Shown: positions 52,468 through 63,402 of the stretch, one piece after another
Numbering within the stretch: position 1 is the first letter of the stretch
Layout: each line of letters opens with the position of its first letter
Assembly: GCF_006345805.1 (NCBI RefSeq)
Contig: NC_043014.1
Location: 38,874,001-38,938,000 of the forward strand
Origin: Octopus sinensis
Lineage: Eukaryota
Direction: 5' to 3'
Length of the DNA: 64,000 nt
Program-made: the position numbers and the translations under genes
The notes under the pieces: model-generated
The model's input: the letters and a program-made list of their open reading frames with translations, nothing else
Database searches by the model: none
What the model was told of the DNA's origin: nothing

Positions 52468-52969
52468 ATAAATATTAAAAGCTACAGCTAAACCAAGAAA
52501 AAATTGCAGGAGTAATTTTTTTTTAATTTTCAAGGTCAGACTAAGTTTCGTAAATAATTAAGCTGAAGCAGTCTGTAGCTGAGTAGACGAAATCATAATA
52601 TTAGAGAGTAAGAAATCCAAAATTTTGTAATCGACTGAACGCGCTAAACAATTTACCACCGTTTTAGATAATTGAGATAGGTCAGAAGGCTATCAGAGTT
52701 ACTAGTGTAGCAGTACTCAGCATTCGAAACCCCGTCGTTTCAGGAACGAGAAAAGGCCACAGCATATCAGTACCCATATTTGGCAGCGACTGTCCTTATC
52801 AGAGGATGTTGACCCATATTTCAACTAAAAGTTGTTCCGGTACATTTTTGTGATGTTACGATTAATGGAAAATTCCATACAGTTTTGCTTCAGATCATTA
52901 TCATCTTCAATTAACGTCCGTTTTCCATGCTGGTATGGGTTGACGGTTTGATAGGAGCTGACGGTTTGA

Positions 52970-53202
52970 AAGGCGGCGAGCTGGCAGAAACGTTAGCACT
53001 CCGGGCGAAATGCTTAGCGGTATTTCGTCTGCGTTACGTTCTGAGTTCAAATTCCGCCGAGGTAGAGTTTGCCTTTCATCCCTTTCGGGGTCGATAAATT
53101 AAGTACCAGTTACGCACTGGGGTCGATGTAATCGACTTAATACCTATGTCTGTCCTTGTTTGTCCCCTCTGTGTTTAGCCCCTTGTGGGTAATAAAGAAA
53201 TA
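52970..53202 (+). mobile_element. SINE family A with short TSD
   Basis: GGTTTGA on both sides. Confidence 0.9.
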
Positions 53203-53239
53203 GGTTTGATAGGAGCTGACTAGCGAGGGGCTGTTCAGG

Positions 53240-53745
53240 ATCCATGTCTGTTTTGGCATGGTTTCTACGGCTGGATGCTCTTCCTAACACCAACCAATTT
53301 ACAGAGTGTACTGGGTACTTTTATACAGCACTTGCATGGGTGCATTTTTTTATGTGGCACTAGGATCTATGAGCTTGCAAGATAAAGGATGCCCTGCTGA
53401 AGAAGGTTGCAGGGGTCGAGCCTCTATGCAAAGGCAACCACGCTTTTACTTAGCTTGACGTGTCTTTTCAAGCACAGCAAACCGCCAGAAGTCTCGGTCC
53501 CTTGCCATCCCCTCTGTGAGTCCCAACGTCTGTAGATCCTTCCTCACCACTTCGTCCCACGTCTTCCTGGGTCTACTCCTTCAACATTTCCTTTACAATT
53601 AGAGATCGCCCCTCTTGATGCAACTACCTTCATTCATACGCATTACATAGCCATACCAGCGAAGTCTTCTCTCTTGCATGCTACATCTGATGCTACGTAT
53701 GCCCAGTTGTTTTCTCAAATCACTTACTCTCTGTCGTATATAGAC
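53240..53745 (-). pseudogene. RTE-clade LINE 3' end (C-terminal coding remnant plus 3' UTR)
   Basis: Minus translation QERRLRWYGYVMRMNE..RPRKTWDEVVRKDLQTLGLTEGMARDRDFWRFAVLEK. Confidence 0.8.
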
Positions 53746-53754
53746 ACTGACATC

Positions 53755-54172
53755 CTATTTCTTTATTGCCCACAAGGGGCTAAACACAGAGGGGACAAAC
53801 AAGGACAGACAAACGGATTAAGTCGATTACATCGGCCCCCAGTGCATAACTGGTACTTAATTTATCGACCCCGAAAGGATGAAAGGCAAACTCTACCTCG
53901 GCGGAATTTGAACTCAGAACGTAACAGCAGACGAAATACCTATTTCTTTATTACCCACGAGGGGCTAAACATAGAGGGGACAAACAAGGACAGACATAGG
54001 TATTAAGTCGATTACATCGACCCCAGTGCATAACTAGTACTTAATTTATCAACCTCGAAAGGATGAAAGGCAAACTCTACCTCGGCGGAATTTGAACTCA
54101 GAACGTAACGGCAGACGAAATACCGCTAAGCATTTCACCCGGAGTGCTAACGTTTCTGCCAGCTTCCCGCCT
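53755..54172 (-). mobile_element. Family A SINE dimer
   Basis: Junction GAAATACCTATTTC at about 53935. Confidence 0.9.
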
Positions 54173-54375
54173 TGACACATCCAGCGAATCATACTGACTC
54201 CTAAAATCAGGCATAACTTGGCGATCGGCCGACTTACAACAAGGTCAACGTGAGCTCTGATTGGCTGTGTACAAATGAGTTCATTTTGGGGTTCGGAACT
54301 CTTGTGGGAAAAAAAAATTTCGCCTCCTGGCCAGTAACCAAATCTCTATTACAGTAGCTTTATTTTTATTTTCAG

Positions 54376-54468
54376 GAATTGGTGGTGCAGCAGCAGCAGA
54401 ATTCCATTCTACTGAATCCATACTTTCCCAGACTACATTGAATTATTTATTATGTGAAACTAAGTCAG
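54376..54468 (+). CDS. Candidate 93-nt internal exon, unknown gene
   Basis: TTTTATTTTCAG acceptor, CAG|GTATTT donor, open symmetric frame IGGAAAAEFHSTESILSQTTLNYLLCETKS; no homology recognised. Confidence 0.25.
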
Positions 54469-54543
54469 GTATTTCGTTAATTAATCAATTGTAGTGTACA
54501 TAGATTGATTGGTTGCTGCTCAGGGTTTTTTTTTTATATTTCA

Positions 54544-55107
54544 CTAGCAGTATCGCCCGGCGTTGCTCGGGTTTGTAAGGGAAATAACTATATAAGCATT
54601 TTTAGAGAGTTATAGCCAAAAAATAGCAAAAAAATGCATTAAAAATGGAAAAAAAATTATGGTAATTTTTTTTTTAAATCGTTGACTCATCGTAGACATT
54701 TTCTGTTTTGGTGTCTTCAAGCCATGAAGTCGTTGTTCTAAAAGAACGCTGGTCTCCTTGACAACGCTTTACGACGTTGATTTCCTTACACTCCCTTCCC
54801 CACAGCTTCACGAGGGAGGGAAGAAGGGGGAGAAGCAACACAGGTACAGATGTAAGTGTGGACGCCAACTCCACCGCCATCGACACACGAAAAAATATGC
54901 ATTAAAATGGAATAAAAAATTATGTTAAATTATTTTTTAAATCGTAGACTCATCGTAGACGCGCGCTAATACCCAGAAGGGCTCGATATGAATCACGACT
55001 ATAAGATACCCGGTTTTGGTTAAACTGCACCACAAAATGTGGGAGTAGTTAGGAATCTAAATCGTAGGAGACAGACACTCACACAACTTCACTTTTATAT
55101 ATAAAGA
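54544..55107 (-). mobile_element. Non-autonomous Helitron (564 bp)
   Basis: Minus strand A|TC...CCCGAGCAACGCCGGG hairpin...CTAG|T. Confidence 0.85.
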
Positions 55108-55329
55108 TAACACCCATTGAGATAAGTTGTTTCACAGAATAGTTTAAAAAGTAAAAAGAAAAAGAAAACAAAGGGCGACAGCGACCACGTAAAATAGAAT
55201 TTTATATTCCGTTTGACCCAAAGGGCTTGGAACAGTCAAGCAAACGTAATATTTCTTAAATATCCTGAACAAATAAGAAAACATTCGACAAACGTTTATC
55301 AATACGACAAAGAAGACCAGGGAATGATG

Positions 55330-55749
55330 CGGATCTTTTCGGTTTGAACGGCAGTTTTTTCTAGCGGTGTCATATGAAATTGTCACCCCTAGTTATGACC
55401 CTAGTATCGATCTATTGCATTTCAATCTGTTTTAGGGTTAGGGTTAGGGGTGGGGGAAGGGTATCCTTTTTTTCTTCACAAATGTAAATAAACCCAATCT
55501 GTTTCTTAAACGAGGGACACATTCGTACGGCACAGAATGTTTTCACCTCAATAGACGTCATTGATTGGTTGAAATTGCAGAAATTGAAGGAAAAAACAAC
55601 AACAAATATCTTACAAACCATAGAATCTTCTCAATAAAGCCAAGAGAAAAAGATGTTTTATAAACACATTCTACCAGTATACGAAGTTTAAAAGTGTTTA
55701 GTTACGAGGAAATTATTTTTAAAAACTGCCATCAAACCGAGAAGATCCA
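55330..55749 (+). mobile_element. Non-autonomous DNA transposon with ~30-bp TIRs and internal TTAGGG repeats (copy 1)
   Basis: TIR CGGATCTTTTCGGTTTGAACGGCAGTTTTT; flanks ATGATG / AAGATG (5/6 TSD match). Confidence 0.85.
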
Positions 55750-56615
55750 AAGATGCAGATCGGGGAAAGCCCATAGAAGTAAAGTAATCCATTAAGTAGT
55801 AAGGCCTTGGGATGTGACGTTGTGGCAGTAATGTTGTTTATAAACTAACGAATATATATGTACAGAAACTTTTGCACAAAAAACTCCTCGACTAATCCTT
55901 ACAGACAAACCCTTGTCACTCACATCAGAAATTCAGTGAATTCGTCATTGATCTGTAGGAAACCTGCAGTAACCCAGGACGATATGGTTCAATTACGAAA
56001 TTAAAAACAATCAAATCACTTATACAGTATGAAGGATGCTTGTTTTTTTGTTTGTTTTGTTTTTATCCAAGCTTAAAACCTGTCGTTTATCTAAATCCAT
56101 TCTTATCCAGGTTTTATTGAAGGATTATGTTCAATTGAGTCTGATATAGCGTTAATTAATCAGGTGCAGCACAAAAAAGAATTATTATTTATTTAGTCAG
56201 TTGTTTAGTTTCTGTTACGAAATACCTAATGAAAGGCGGAAAAAGAAAGGATCAAAACATACAGGCCCTATACAAATACACACACACAGAAGTGGGGAAA
56301 AGAATAAACAATAATATACGAACGTGAAGTTTTGTTTTTATCAATTAGGAAACAGCAGCGTGTTGCTGTTGTATAACCACAGGTCATCTGTGATCCAACA
56401 TTTCAATCGTAACTATTCCGTCTTATTAAAAGTTTTAGGACAACACTGTTTAAATGTGTTCGTTTATTTCTTTTCTAAGACAGTAGAGACCGTGATATGC
56501 AAGATGTTTGATTAACAGCTTGAGCTGTCCACACAGACTTCCTCGTTGTGAACGGAATGTATGATTAAAGCCCATCAACTGTTTGCAATTAAGTAAAACA
56601 TAATGAGAAGTAAGT

Positions 56616-56922
56616 GGAGGCGCGATAGCCCAGTGGTTAGGGGGCAGCGGACTCGCGGTCGAAGGATCACGGTTTCGATTCCCAGACCGGGTGTTGTGTG
56701 TGTTTATTGAGCGAAAACACCTAAAGCTCCATGAGGCTCCGGCAGGGGGGTGATGGCGACCCCTGTTGTACTCTTTCGCCCCGACTTTTTCTCACTCTTT
56801 CTTCCTGTTTCTTGAGTAACGCTGCGATGGACTGGCGTCCCGTCCGGCTGGGAGGAACACATACGCCACAGAAACCGGGAAACCGGGCCCATGAGCCTGG
56901 CTAGGCTTGAAAAGGGCGCATA
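56616..56922 (+). mobile_element. SINE family C, tail type 1, with TSD
   Basis: AATGAGAAGTAA at 56602-56613 and 56925-56936. Confidence 0.9.
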
Positions 56923-57726
56923 AGAATGAGAAGTAAATGAAGATAATCAAAGATAAAGAATTCAAAACAACAATAACAAAGATAAAGGAAGAAAAACTGA
57001 TGATAAGTTCTTGTGTTTTTGTTTCTTTTTGAGGATGTTTCCAGAGGAGACGTGTTATTTCATATTAAGTCGACCCTGACCGAGAAAACTCATCACTCCA
57101 GCCGCGATACGCATGTCTTTTGTTTATCAGAGATTACGTTGTTCAATGTGTCCTTCCTTTTTCAAAGACAATAAGTTGTATTTTGGGAGATTCATTGGCT
57201 GTTCGAAGAGACTGAGTTACCCACTTAGAGACTTCTTCGTTGGCTCGTATAAGAGGAATGTGTGTGCATGCGCACTTGTGTTATTGCTGAGTAGCCCCAG
57301 ATCAAATCTGGTAAACGAGACCAACGTAATGTAAACATGTAGGCATTCTTCCAAGTGGCGAGGTTCGACCCACAGGTCGGTTCTGTATGCATCTGTCGAG
57401 GTGTGGGACTATACAAGCATTCCCACGTGAAGCGATCGTATGACAGTCTGTGTTTGAGAGTATATGTATATGCGAATTTAAGCAGAAATAAATTCTGGAA
57501 CACGAAGTCATATGCACAGGATGCATCTGAAGCAAGTATATGTCCACAGTTTGCTTGTTTGAGCTTAAATAAACTCATAGCAGCTTGTACGCTTGTTTTC
57601 TGCAAGTGGTCACATGACCTGATCATACATCGATCTAGCCCTCCTGGTCCTCATCCCATCGCGTGACAGATTCTTTGACTGATCACCGATCCGTTTTATC
57701 ACATATCAATCTGTAATAAGCGTTCA

Positions 57727-58147
57727 CGGATCTTTTCGGTTTGAACGGCAGTTTTTAAAAATAATTTCCACGTAACTAAGCACTTTTAAACTTCGTATAC
57801 TGGTAGAATGTGTTTATAAAACATCTTTTTCTCTTGGCTTTATTGAGAAGATTCTATAGTTTGTTAGATATTTGTTGTTTTTTCTTCTTCAATTTCTGCA
57901 ATTTCAACCAATCAATGACGTCCATTGAGGTAAAAAAAACATTCTGTGCCGTATAAATATGTCCCTAGTTTAAGAAACAGATTGGGTTTATTTACATTTC
58001 TGAAGAAAAAAAAGATACCCTTCCCCACCCCTAACCCTAACCCTAAAACAGATTGAAATGCAATAGATCGATACTAGGGTCATAACTATGGGTGACAATT
58101 TCATATGACACCGCTGGAAAAACTGCCGTTCAAACCGAAAAGATCCG
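57727..58147 (-). mobile_element. Same DNA transposon family (copy 2, inverted)
   Basis: Matching TIRs; 6-bp TSD CGTTCA at 57721-57726 and 58148-58153. Confidence 0.9.
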
Positions 58148-58909
58148 CGTTCACAATTAGCATACCGTGTTATCCTGGACCAGTGATGAACGAATCCGTG
58201 ATAAACGAAGCTATATGCATTATATAATGTCTAATGATTAAACATAGGAGAAGGATCAATGGTAAAGAAAATGAAAACAAAAATACACACAAACACAAAA
58301 CAACTTCTCCACCCCCCTCACTCTTTCTCTCCCCTCCCCCTTCCCTCTTCAATTAAAAGTAATGAGAGGTGTGAAATTTGGGTAGCAATTAAAAGTAATA
58401 GGATAGATATGTAGACTGAAGGAAACAAACAACAGGAATTTGAATTTTTGAAATTAATTTTAAGTAATTTCTGCTTTGAAATCTAAAACAAGTAATTTTT
58501 GAGATGTTTCTGTAAATAAAGACGGGAAAGAGGAAAAATTAAAAAACAAAAAAGAAAGGAAAAAAAAAAGAAAACAATAAATCAAGAATAAATTAAAGTA
58601 ATTAATTGTACTTAAAAATCAGAACTTGCCTAAAGTTAAATTGAAAATATCCTATCTGTTGTGGCAAAACTGTGCGTGCGTGTGTGTGTGTGTGTGTGTA
58701 TGTGTGAATGTACGCGTGTGCGTATGAATGTGCGCGTATGTATGTATGTATGTTATGTATGTATGTGTGTGTGTAATATATATTATATTATATATATTAT
58801 ATATATATCTATATATACATATACATATATACATACATATACATATATACATACATATACATATATATATATTATAATATAATATACATATATATACATA
58901 TACATATAC

Positions 58910-58964
<55 letters not shown>

Positions 58965-58967
<3 letters not shown>

Positions 58968-59522
58968 GGGCGGCAGAGAGGACGGACGTTTTTGAAAAAT
59001 TCACGAAATCATTAATTTTAGCCGCAAACAAATTTTATAAACATCAATGTGTTCGTATAGCATTAGCATTTGTCAAAACCAAGTGTGGAAAAACAACATC
59101 CATCATGTGATGTCCATTTTCATTGATGCATTTCTGAAAGCTAGTCTGAGGCGTTCCACATTTTCCGGGGTCCCTACCGTTCGTGGCGCCTCCCACCGGT
59201 CTCTTATTCATTAGTGTACCTTGTGTACGAAGTGCATTCACCAAAACATAAGATTGTGTTACAATTGGGAACAGCCTGATATCGGCGAAAGTTAAAGTGG
59301 CGCCGAAACTCACGCTGAACTGCTGTGGCAAACTCATTGTACTTCATGTAACTGTCGCAGGCAAACACGCGATTCTCTATCATCCACAGTGCCATGGCTT
59401 CGTCTGATAAGAAAAAATGCTAAGACACCGTAGACCGAATGGTACCTGTCGGATATATGTCGCTCCCACTGGAGCTGAGTAATAGCCATTTGAAAAACGT
59501 CCGTCGCCTCTGCCCCACCCTG
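58965..59522 (-). mobile_element. Internally deleted Tc1/mariner element
   Basis: Imperfect ~33-bp TIRs CAGGG..GCAGAG..GACGGACGTTTTT.AAA; MALWMIENRVFA..VQREFRRHF N-terminus (DUF4817-like by recollection) joined to a CINENGHH C-terminus. Confidence 0.8.
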
Positions 59523-59595
59523 TGTGTGTTTGTGTGTGTGTATGTATGTATGTATGTATGTATGGTATGTATGTATGTATGTATGTATGTATGTA

Positions 59596-59628
<33 letters not shown>

Positions 59629-59729
59629 CAACAATTGAGGGTAAAATTAATTAATTAATAATCAATTTCACCAAGTATTCAGTAGGCAAAGGGACCATTT
59701 AAGGCAAATTCAAATTATTACATTATATA

Positions 59730-59951
59730 AAAGGGCTTAGTAAATAAATTACTTTGCCGCATACTGAACTCGTTAGAAATAGCAGCTAAAAAAACTATTT
59801 CTAACACTTAAGAAAACCTCTCTCATATAGTGTTGCTCTGAGCAAACACTATATGAGAGAGGTTTTCTTTAAGTGTTAGAAATATTTTTTTTAGCTGCTA
59901 TTTCTAACGAGTTCAGTATGCGGCAAAGTAATTTATTTTACTAAGCCCTTT
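59730..59951. repeat. Near-perfect palindrome (~110-bp arms, 1-nt loop at 59839)
   Basis: AAAGGGCTTAGTAAATAAATTAC..GCTC-T-GAGC..GTAATTTATTTACTAAGCCCTTT; about 2 indels and 1 mismatch. Confidence 0.95.
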
Positions 59952-59985
59952 ATATATGTAATAATTTATATTATATATATTATAT

Positions 59986-61142
59986 ATGAATGGGCCCCAC
60001 TATGCGAACCTGTTCGTTGGCTATGTTGAGGCCCAAATATTCTCTAGTTTCACTGGTCCCACTCCTGAACTATATGGTCGTTATATTGACGACATTATCG
60101 GTGCCACCTCACTCTCCCGCGAACATCTAGATTCCTTCCTCTCTTTCGTCCAATCTTTCCATCCAGCCCTCCACTTCACTTCACTTCCACTATCTCCAAC
60201 ACCTCTGTCTCCTTCCTCGACATTTCGGTTAGCATTCTTCACTCCACTCTTACCACCTCCATTCACTACAAACACACAGACTCACACTCATACCTCAACT
60301 TCTCTTCCTCCCACCCAGAACACACACCAAGCTTCCATCCCCTATTCCCAATTCCTCCGTCTACGTAGGCTCTGTAGTGACGACCATGACTTTGAGACTC
60401 AGTCTCAACGTATGGCTCACCACTTCACCCTACGTGGATACCCCCTCACCACTATCCACACCGCCCTTGCCAGAGCACGGTCCGTGGACCGTGTATCTGC
60501 TCTCTCTCTCTGAACGCCCTGTAGTCTCCCGCCTCCCTTTTCCCCTCACTTACCACCCCACGACCCTACGTCTCCAACGCACCATTCTTCGAGCTTTCCG
60601 TCATCTCCAGTCCGACCCGTCCACTTCACACCTCTTCCCTAACCGACCCCTCCCCTCTTTCAAACGAGCCCACAACCTTCGAGACCTTTTGGTCCATAGC
60701 TCCTTCCCTGACCCTACCTCCCAACCGGCTCGTTCCCCTGCTCCCGCCCACGTTGCCGCACTTGCCCTTACCTCTCCAAACCACCCGCCTCACTAGCACC
60801 CACCATCGACCCTATCCCATCATCCACTCCTTCACCTGCACCTCCAGCAATATTATCTATTGCATCTCTTGCTCTCTCTGCAATTCCTTGTACATCGGAC
60901 AAACGGGACGCCGCTTGGCTGACCGGTTCGCGGAACACCTTCGTGACATCCACCTTGCGAACGACACACCGGTCTCACGCCATTTCCGCTCCACGGTCAC
61001 TCCTTGCAACACACTATCTGTGTTCGGTTTGTCCTTACACAGAGGCCATCCGGATTCCTGTTTGCGCCGTGAACAGGAATTAATCTTCTCTCTTCGCTCT
61101 TATACGCCATTTGGTCTCAACTCTCCCCCCCTCCTCATCTAA
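59986..61142 (+). mobile_element. 5'-truncated Penelope-like element: RT C-terminal half, thumb, CxxxxCxxC linker, GIY-YIG endonuclease; frameshifted
   Basis: GPHYANLF..RYIDD; SIPYSQFLRLRRLCS..RGYP; CSRPRCRTC (alternative frame); IIYCISCSLCNSLYIGQTGRRLADRFAEH..VSRHF..FGLN; spread over three ORFs. Confidence 0.92.
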
Positions 61143-61790
61143 CCCCCCTCTCCCCCCTCCTCACCTATCCTTTCTCCCCCCCGACCCCTACTTCTTCAGT
61201 CCTTCATCCTTTCACCCGACTCCTTCCCTTCCCTCTTTCTTCCCTCCCTCTTCCCCTTCCCTCTGCTCCCTCACTCCCTCTCTCCCCTTCTCTCTCCCCC
61301 TCTCCCTCTTCCTCCTTCATCCCCCTCATCCCCTTCCTTCTCCCCATCCTCTCCTCTTCCCCCTTCTCCTCCCCCTCCCTTCTCTCCCCCCTCTTCTCCC
61401 TCCCCCTCCCCCCTCTTCTCCTCACTACACCACATGACTTTACACATCACATCACATGATGTGCCATACTAATACACACAACACACCACTAATACATACT
61501 AATACATACTAGTACATACTAATACTTACACCAACCCTATACATACACACGTCCAGACCCCGCATACGCACTATACTCTCTCTCACACACACACACACAC
61601 CTATACATACCAATACGTACTAATACATACTAATACATACTAATACATACACCACCAACCCCATACATACGCACGTCCAGACCAATCCTACGCACTAATA
61701 CTCTCTTCATACACACACACACACACCCTTATACATACTAATACAATACACCAACCCTATACATACACACATCCAGACCCCTCCCACGCA
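61143..61790 (+). repeat. PLE 3' region: pyrimidine tract plus three ~120-bp AC-rich units
   Basis: CACCAACCC.ATACATAC.CAC.TCCAGACC recurs at about 61530, 61655 and 61750. Confidence 0.8.
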
Positions 61791-61967
61791 CTTTTAGCTG
61801 GTCCCTCAACCCATTTATCAACCCTATTATCTCCCCTTATTTCGCTCTCGCGTCTCATGTTTGATCTTTGACCTCTTGCCGAAATCAGATCGCCATGTTG
61901 ATTCGTTAGCTACTGCACGCATTTTTTTTCTCTCTCTTCTTTCTGTGTTTTTTCTCTCTCTGGTGTA

Positions 61968-62005
61968 TCTTTCTGTTGAAGAGCGTAGGCTCGAAACGTT
62001 AAAGA
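61968..62005 (+). ncRNA. Minimal type I hammerhead-like motif in the PLE 3' terminal region (A6U variant)
   Basis: TCTTT-CTGTTGA-A-GAGC(GTAG)GCTC-GAA-ACGT-T-AAAGA. Confidence 0.65.
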
Positions 62006-62262
62006 CTTGTTTTATTTATATTTCCTGAGCGCCATACTAATACAATTGTTTCGTTTGTTTTCCACCTGCCTTCGTCTTTTGTTTATTTTCATAAAGCTTC
62101 CCGTTATATAATATATATATATATTATATATAATTATATATATATATCTATATATATATATATATAATATATATAGTTAATCCAACATGAAAACACAAAG
62201 AGGAAACAACGCGAGGACGTGGAACAAGTATAGTATTATTGGACGCTCAGGAAAGAAAGAGG

Positions 62263-62297
62263 GTTTAATGTTTCGAGCGGAGCTCTTCGTCAGAAAC
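62263..62297 (-). ncRNA. Minimal type I hammerhead-like motif with canonical CUGACGA core
   Basis: Minus strand GTTT-CTGACGA-A-GAGC(TCC)GCTC-GAA-ACAT-T-AAAC; helix III ACAT may be CpG decay of ACGT. Confidence 0.65.
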
Positions 62298-62425
62298 ATA
62301 TATATATAAAACTGAGATTCAGTTGAATTAGGTACTTAAGTTGAAGCACCAAGTTAGTCCGGTATTATCCCCACTGCTTGAAGTAAAATGAATAAACTCA
62401 AAATAATCAACAGGATGTCAGGTAG

Positions 62426-62517
62426 TTATGCAGTACGACCGTTTCAAGCGGGTCCATTTAATTGACCAATGCAATCATTACATCAATTTAAATGCAGTGT
62501 CATCTTCAGCTGCACAA
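62426..62517 (-). ncRNA. Hammerhead-like motif with extended helix II
   Basis: Minus strand TTGTGCAG-CTGAAGA-[57 nt]-GAA-ACGGTCGT-A-CTGCATAA; 8-bp helix I; base of helix II pairs poorly. Confidence 0.6.
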
Positions 62518-62680
62518 ATAAATATAATTTTAACAAGTGGGACACATTAATATAATTTTTCTCAAATATTTTTAACAGAGCAAGATGATGGGAGAAATTC
62601 ATATTGTCGCTATGGTAGCTAAGAATAGACTACACCTTCAAGAATCCTTGATATCCTGTGCTTATTTTGATTTTATATAT

Positions 62681-62716
<36 letters not shown>

Positions 62717-63017
62717 CCTTTACCTTCGAAACACGGAGTAGACGAAACGTAGGCGGCTGAAGAAGGGGAATTTTCCTTGTGTTGTGTGTCTTGTACCCTG
62801 TTTTTTCGTTGTTTTAAAAGAATGTCCGTTTCCATGGTTCTGTTTTTATATTTTCGTTTCTCATTGTGTTCGACGTTTGGGTGTCCTGTAGCTATATATG
62901 CATGTGTATATACATATAGATGTAGGTACCCGTACATATGTATGTATATATGCATATGTTTTAATTATTATTTTGTTTGTTATATATATATATATTATAT
63001 GTATGTATGTATGTATG

Positions 63018-63074
<57 letters not shown>

Positions 63075-63359
63075 TATTATAATATATAACAACCGAAAAT
63101 AACAACCGAAACTAAATTTAGTACATGGGTAAATATTTATTTCGTATATTTTCACTTGTTTATTGCTTTGGTTTTGTGTTGAGTTTGATCTGAGAACATA
63201 GACTTTTTGTGGAGAATGGCGATTTGACGTCTATATCTAGCATGTTGACTGTCCACTTTTCGTGTTCAGTCCTTAACTGGTATATATATATATATATATA
63301 TTCTTGACCCCCAGACAAAAGATAAACTGTTTTTACTTCAAATTTTTATAAATTTTACT

Positions 63360-63402
63360 GATATTTAATAAGATGAGATTCATCATCGAAACCGGTAATA
63401 TT
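63360..63402 (+). ncRNA. Hammerhead-like motif, U3:A8 core variant (G5A lesion)
   Basis: GATAT-TTAATAA-GATGA(GATTCA)TCATC-GAA-ACCGGT-A-ATATT. Confidence 0.45.

Noticed and set aside
55432-55460. Interstitial telomere or chromosome fusion site
   Set aside because: Only about three TTAGGG units, and they are internal to a transposon present twice.
56616-56690. SINE heads as tRNA genes
   Set aside because: A and B boxes are present, but there is no closed acceptor stem and the sequence runs into SINE bodies with TSDs.
57225-57666. Overlapping ORFs of 81-133 aa in non-SINE sequence
   Set aside because: No recognisable motif or splice pattern; left unassigned.
62716-62790. GAAACGTA and CTGAAGA motifs as a permuted hammerhead
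   Set aside because: Only 5 nt lie between them and no valid core precedes the first; the halves cannot be assembled.
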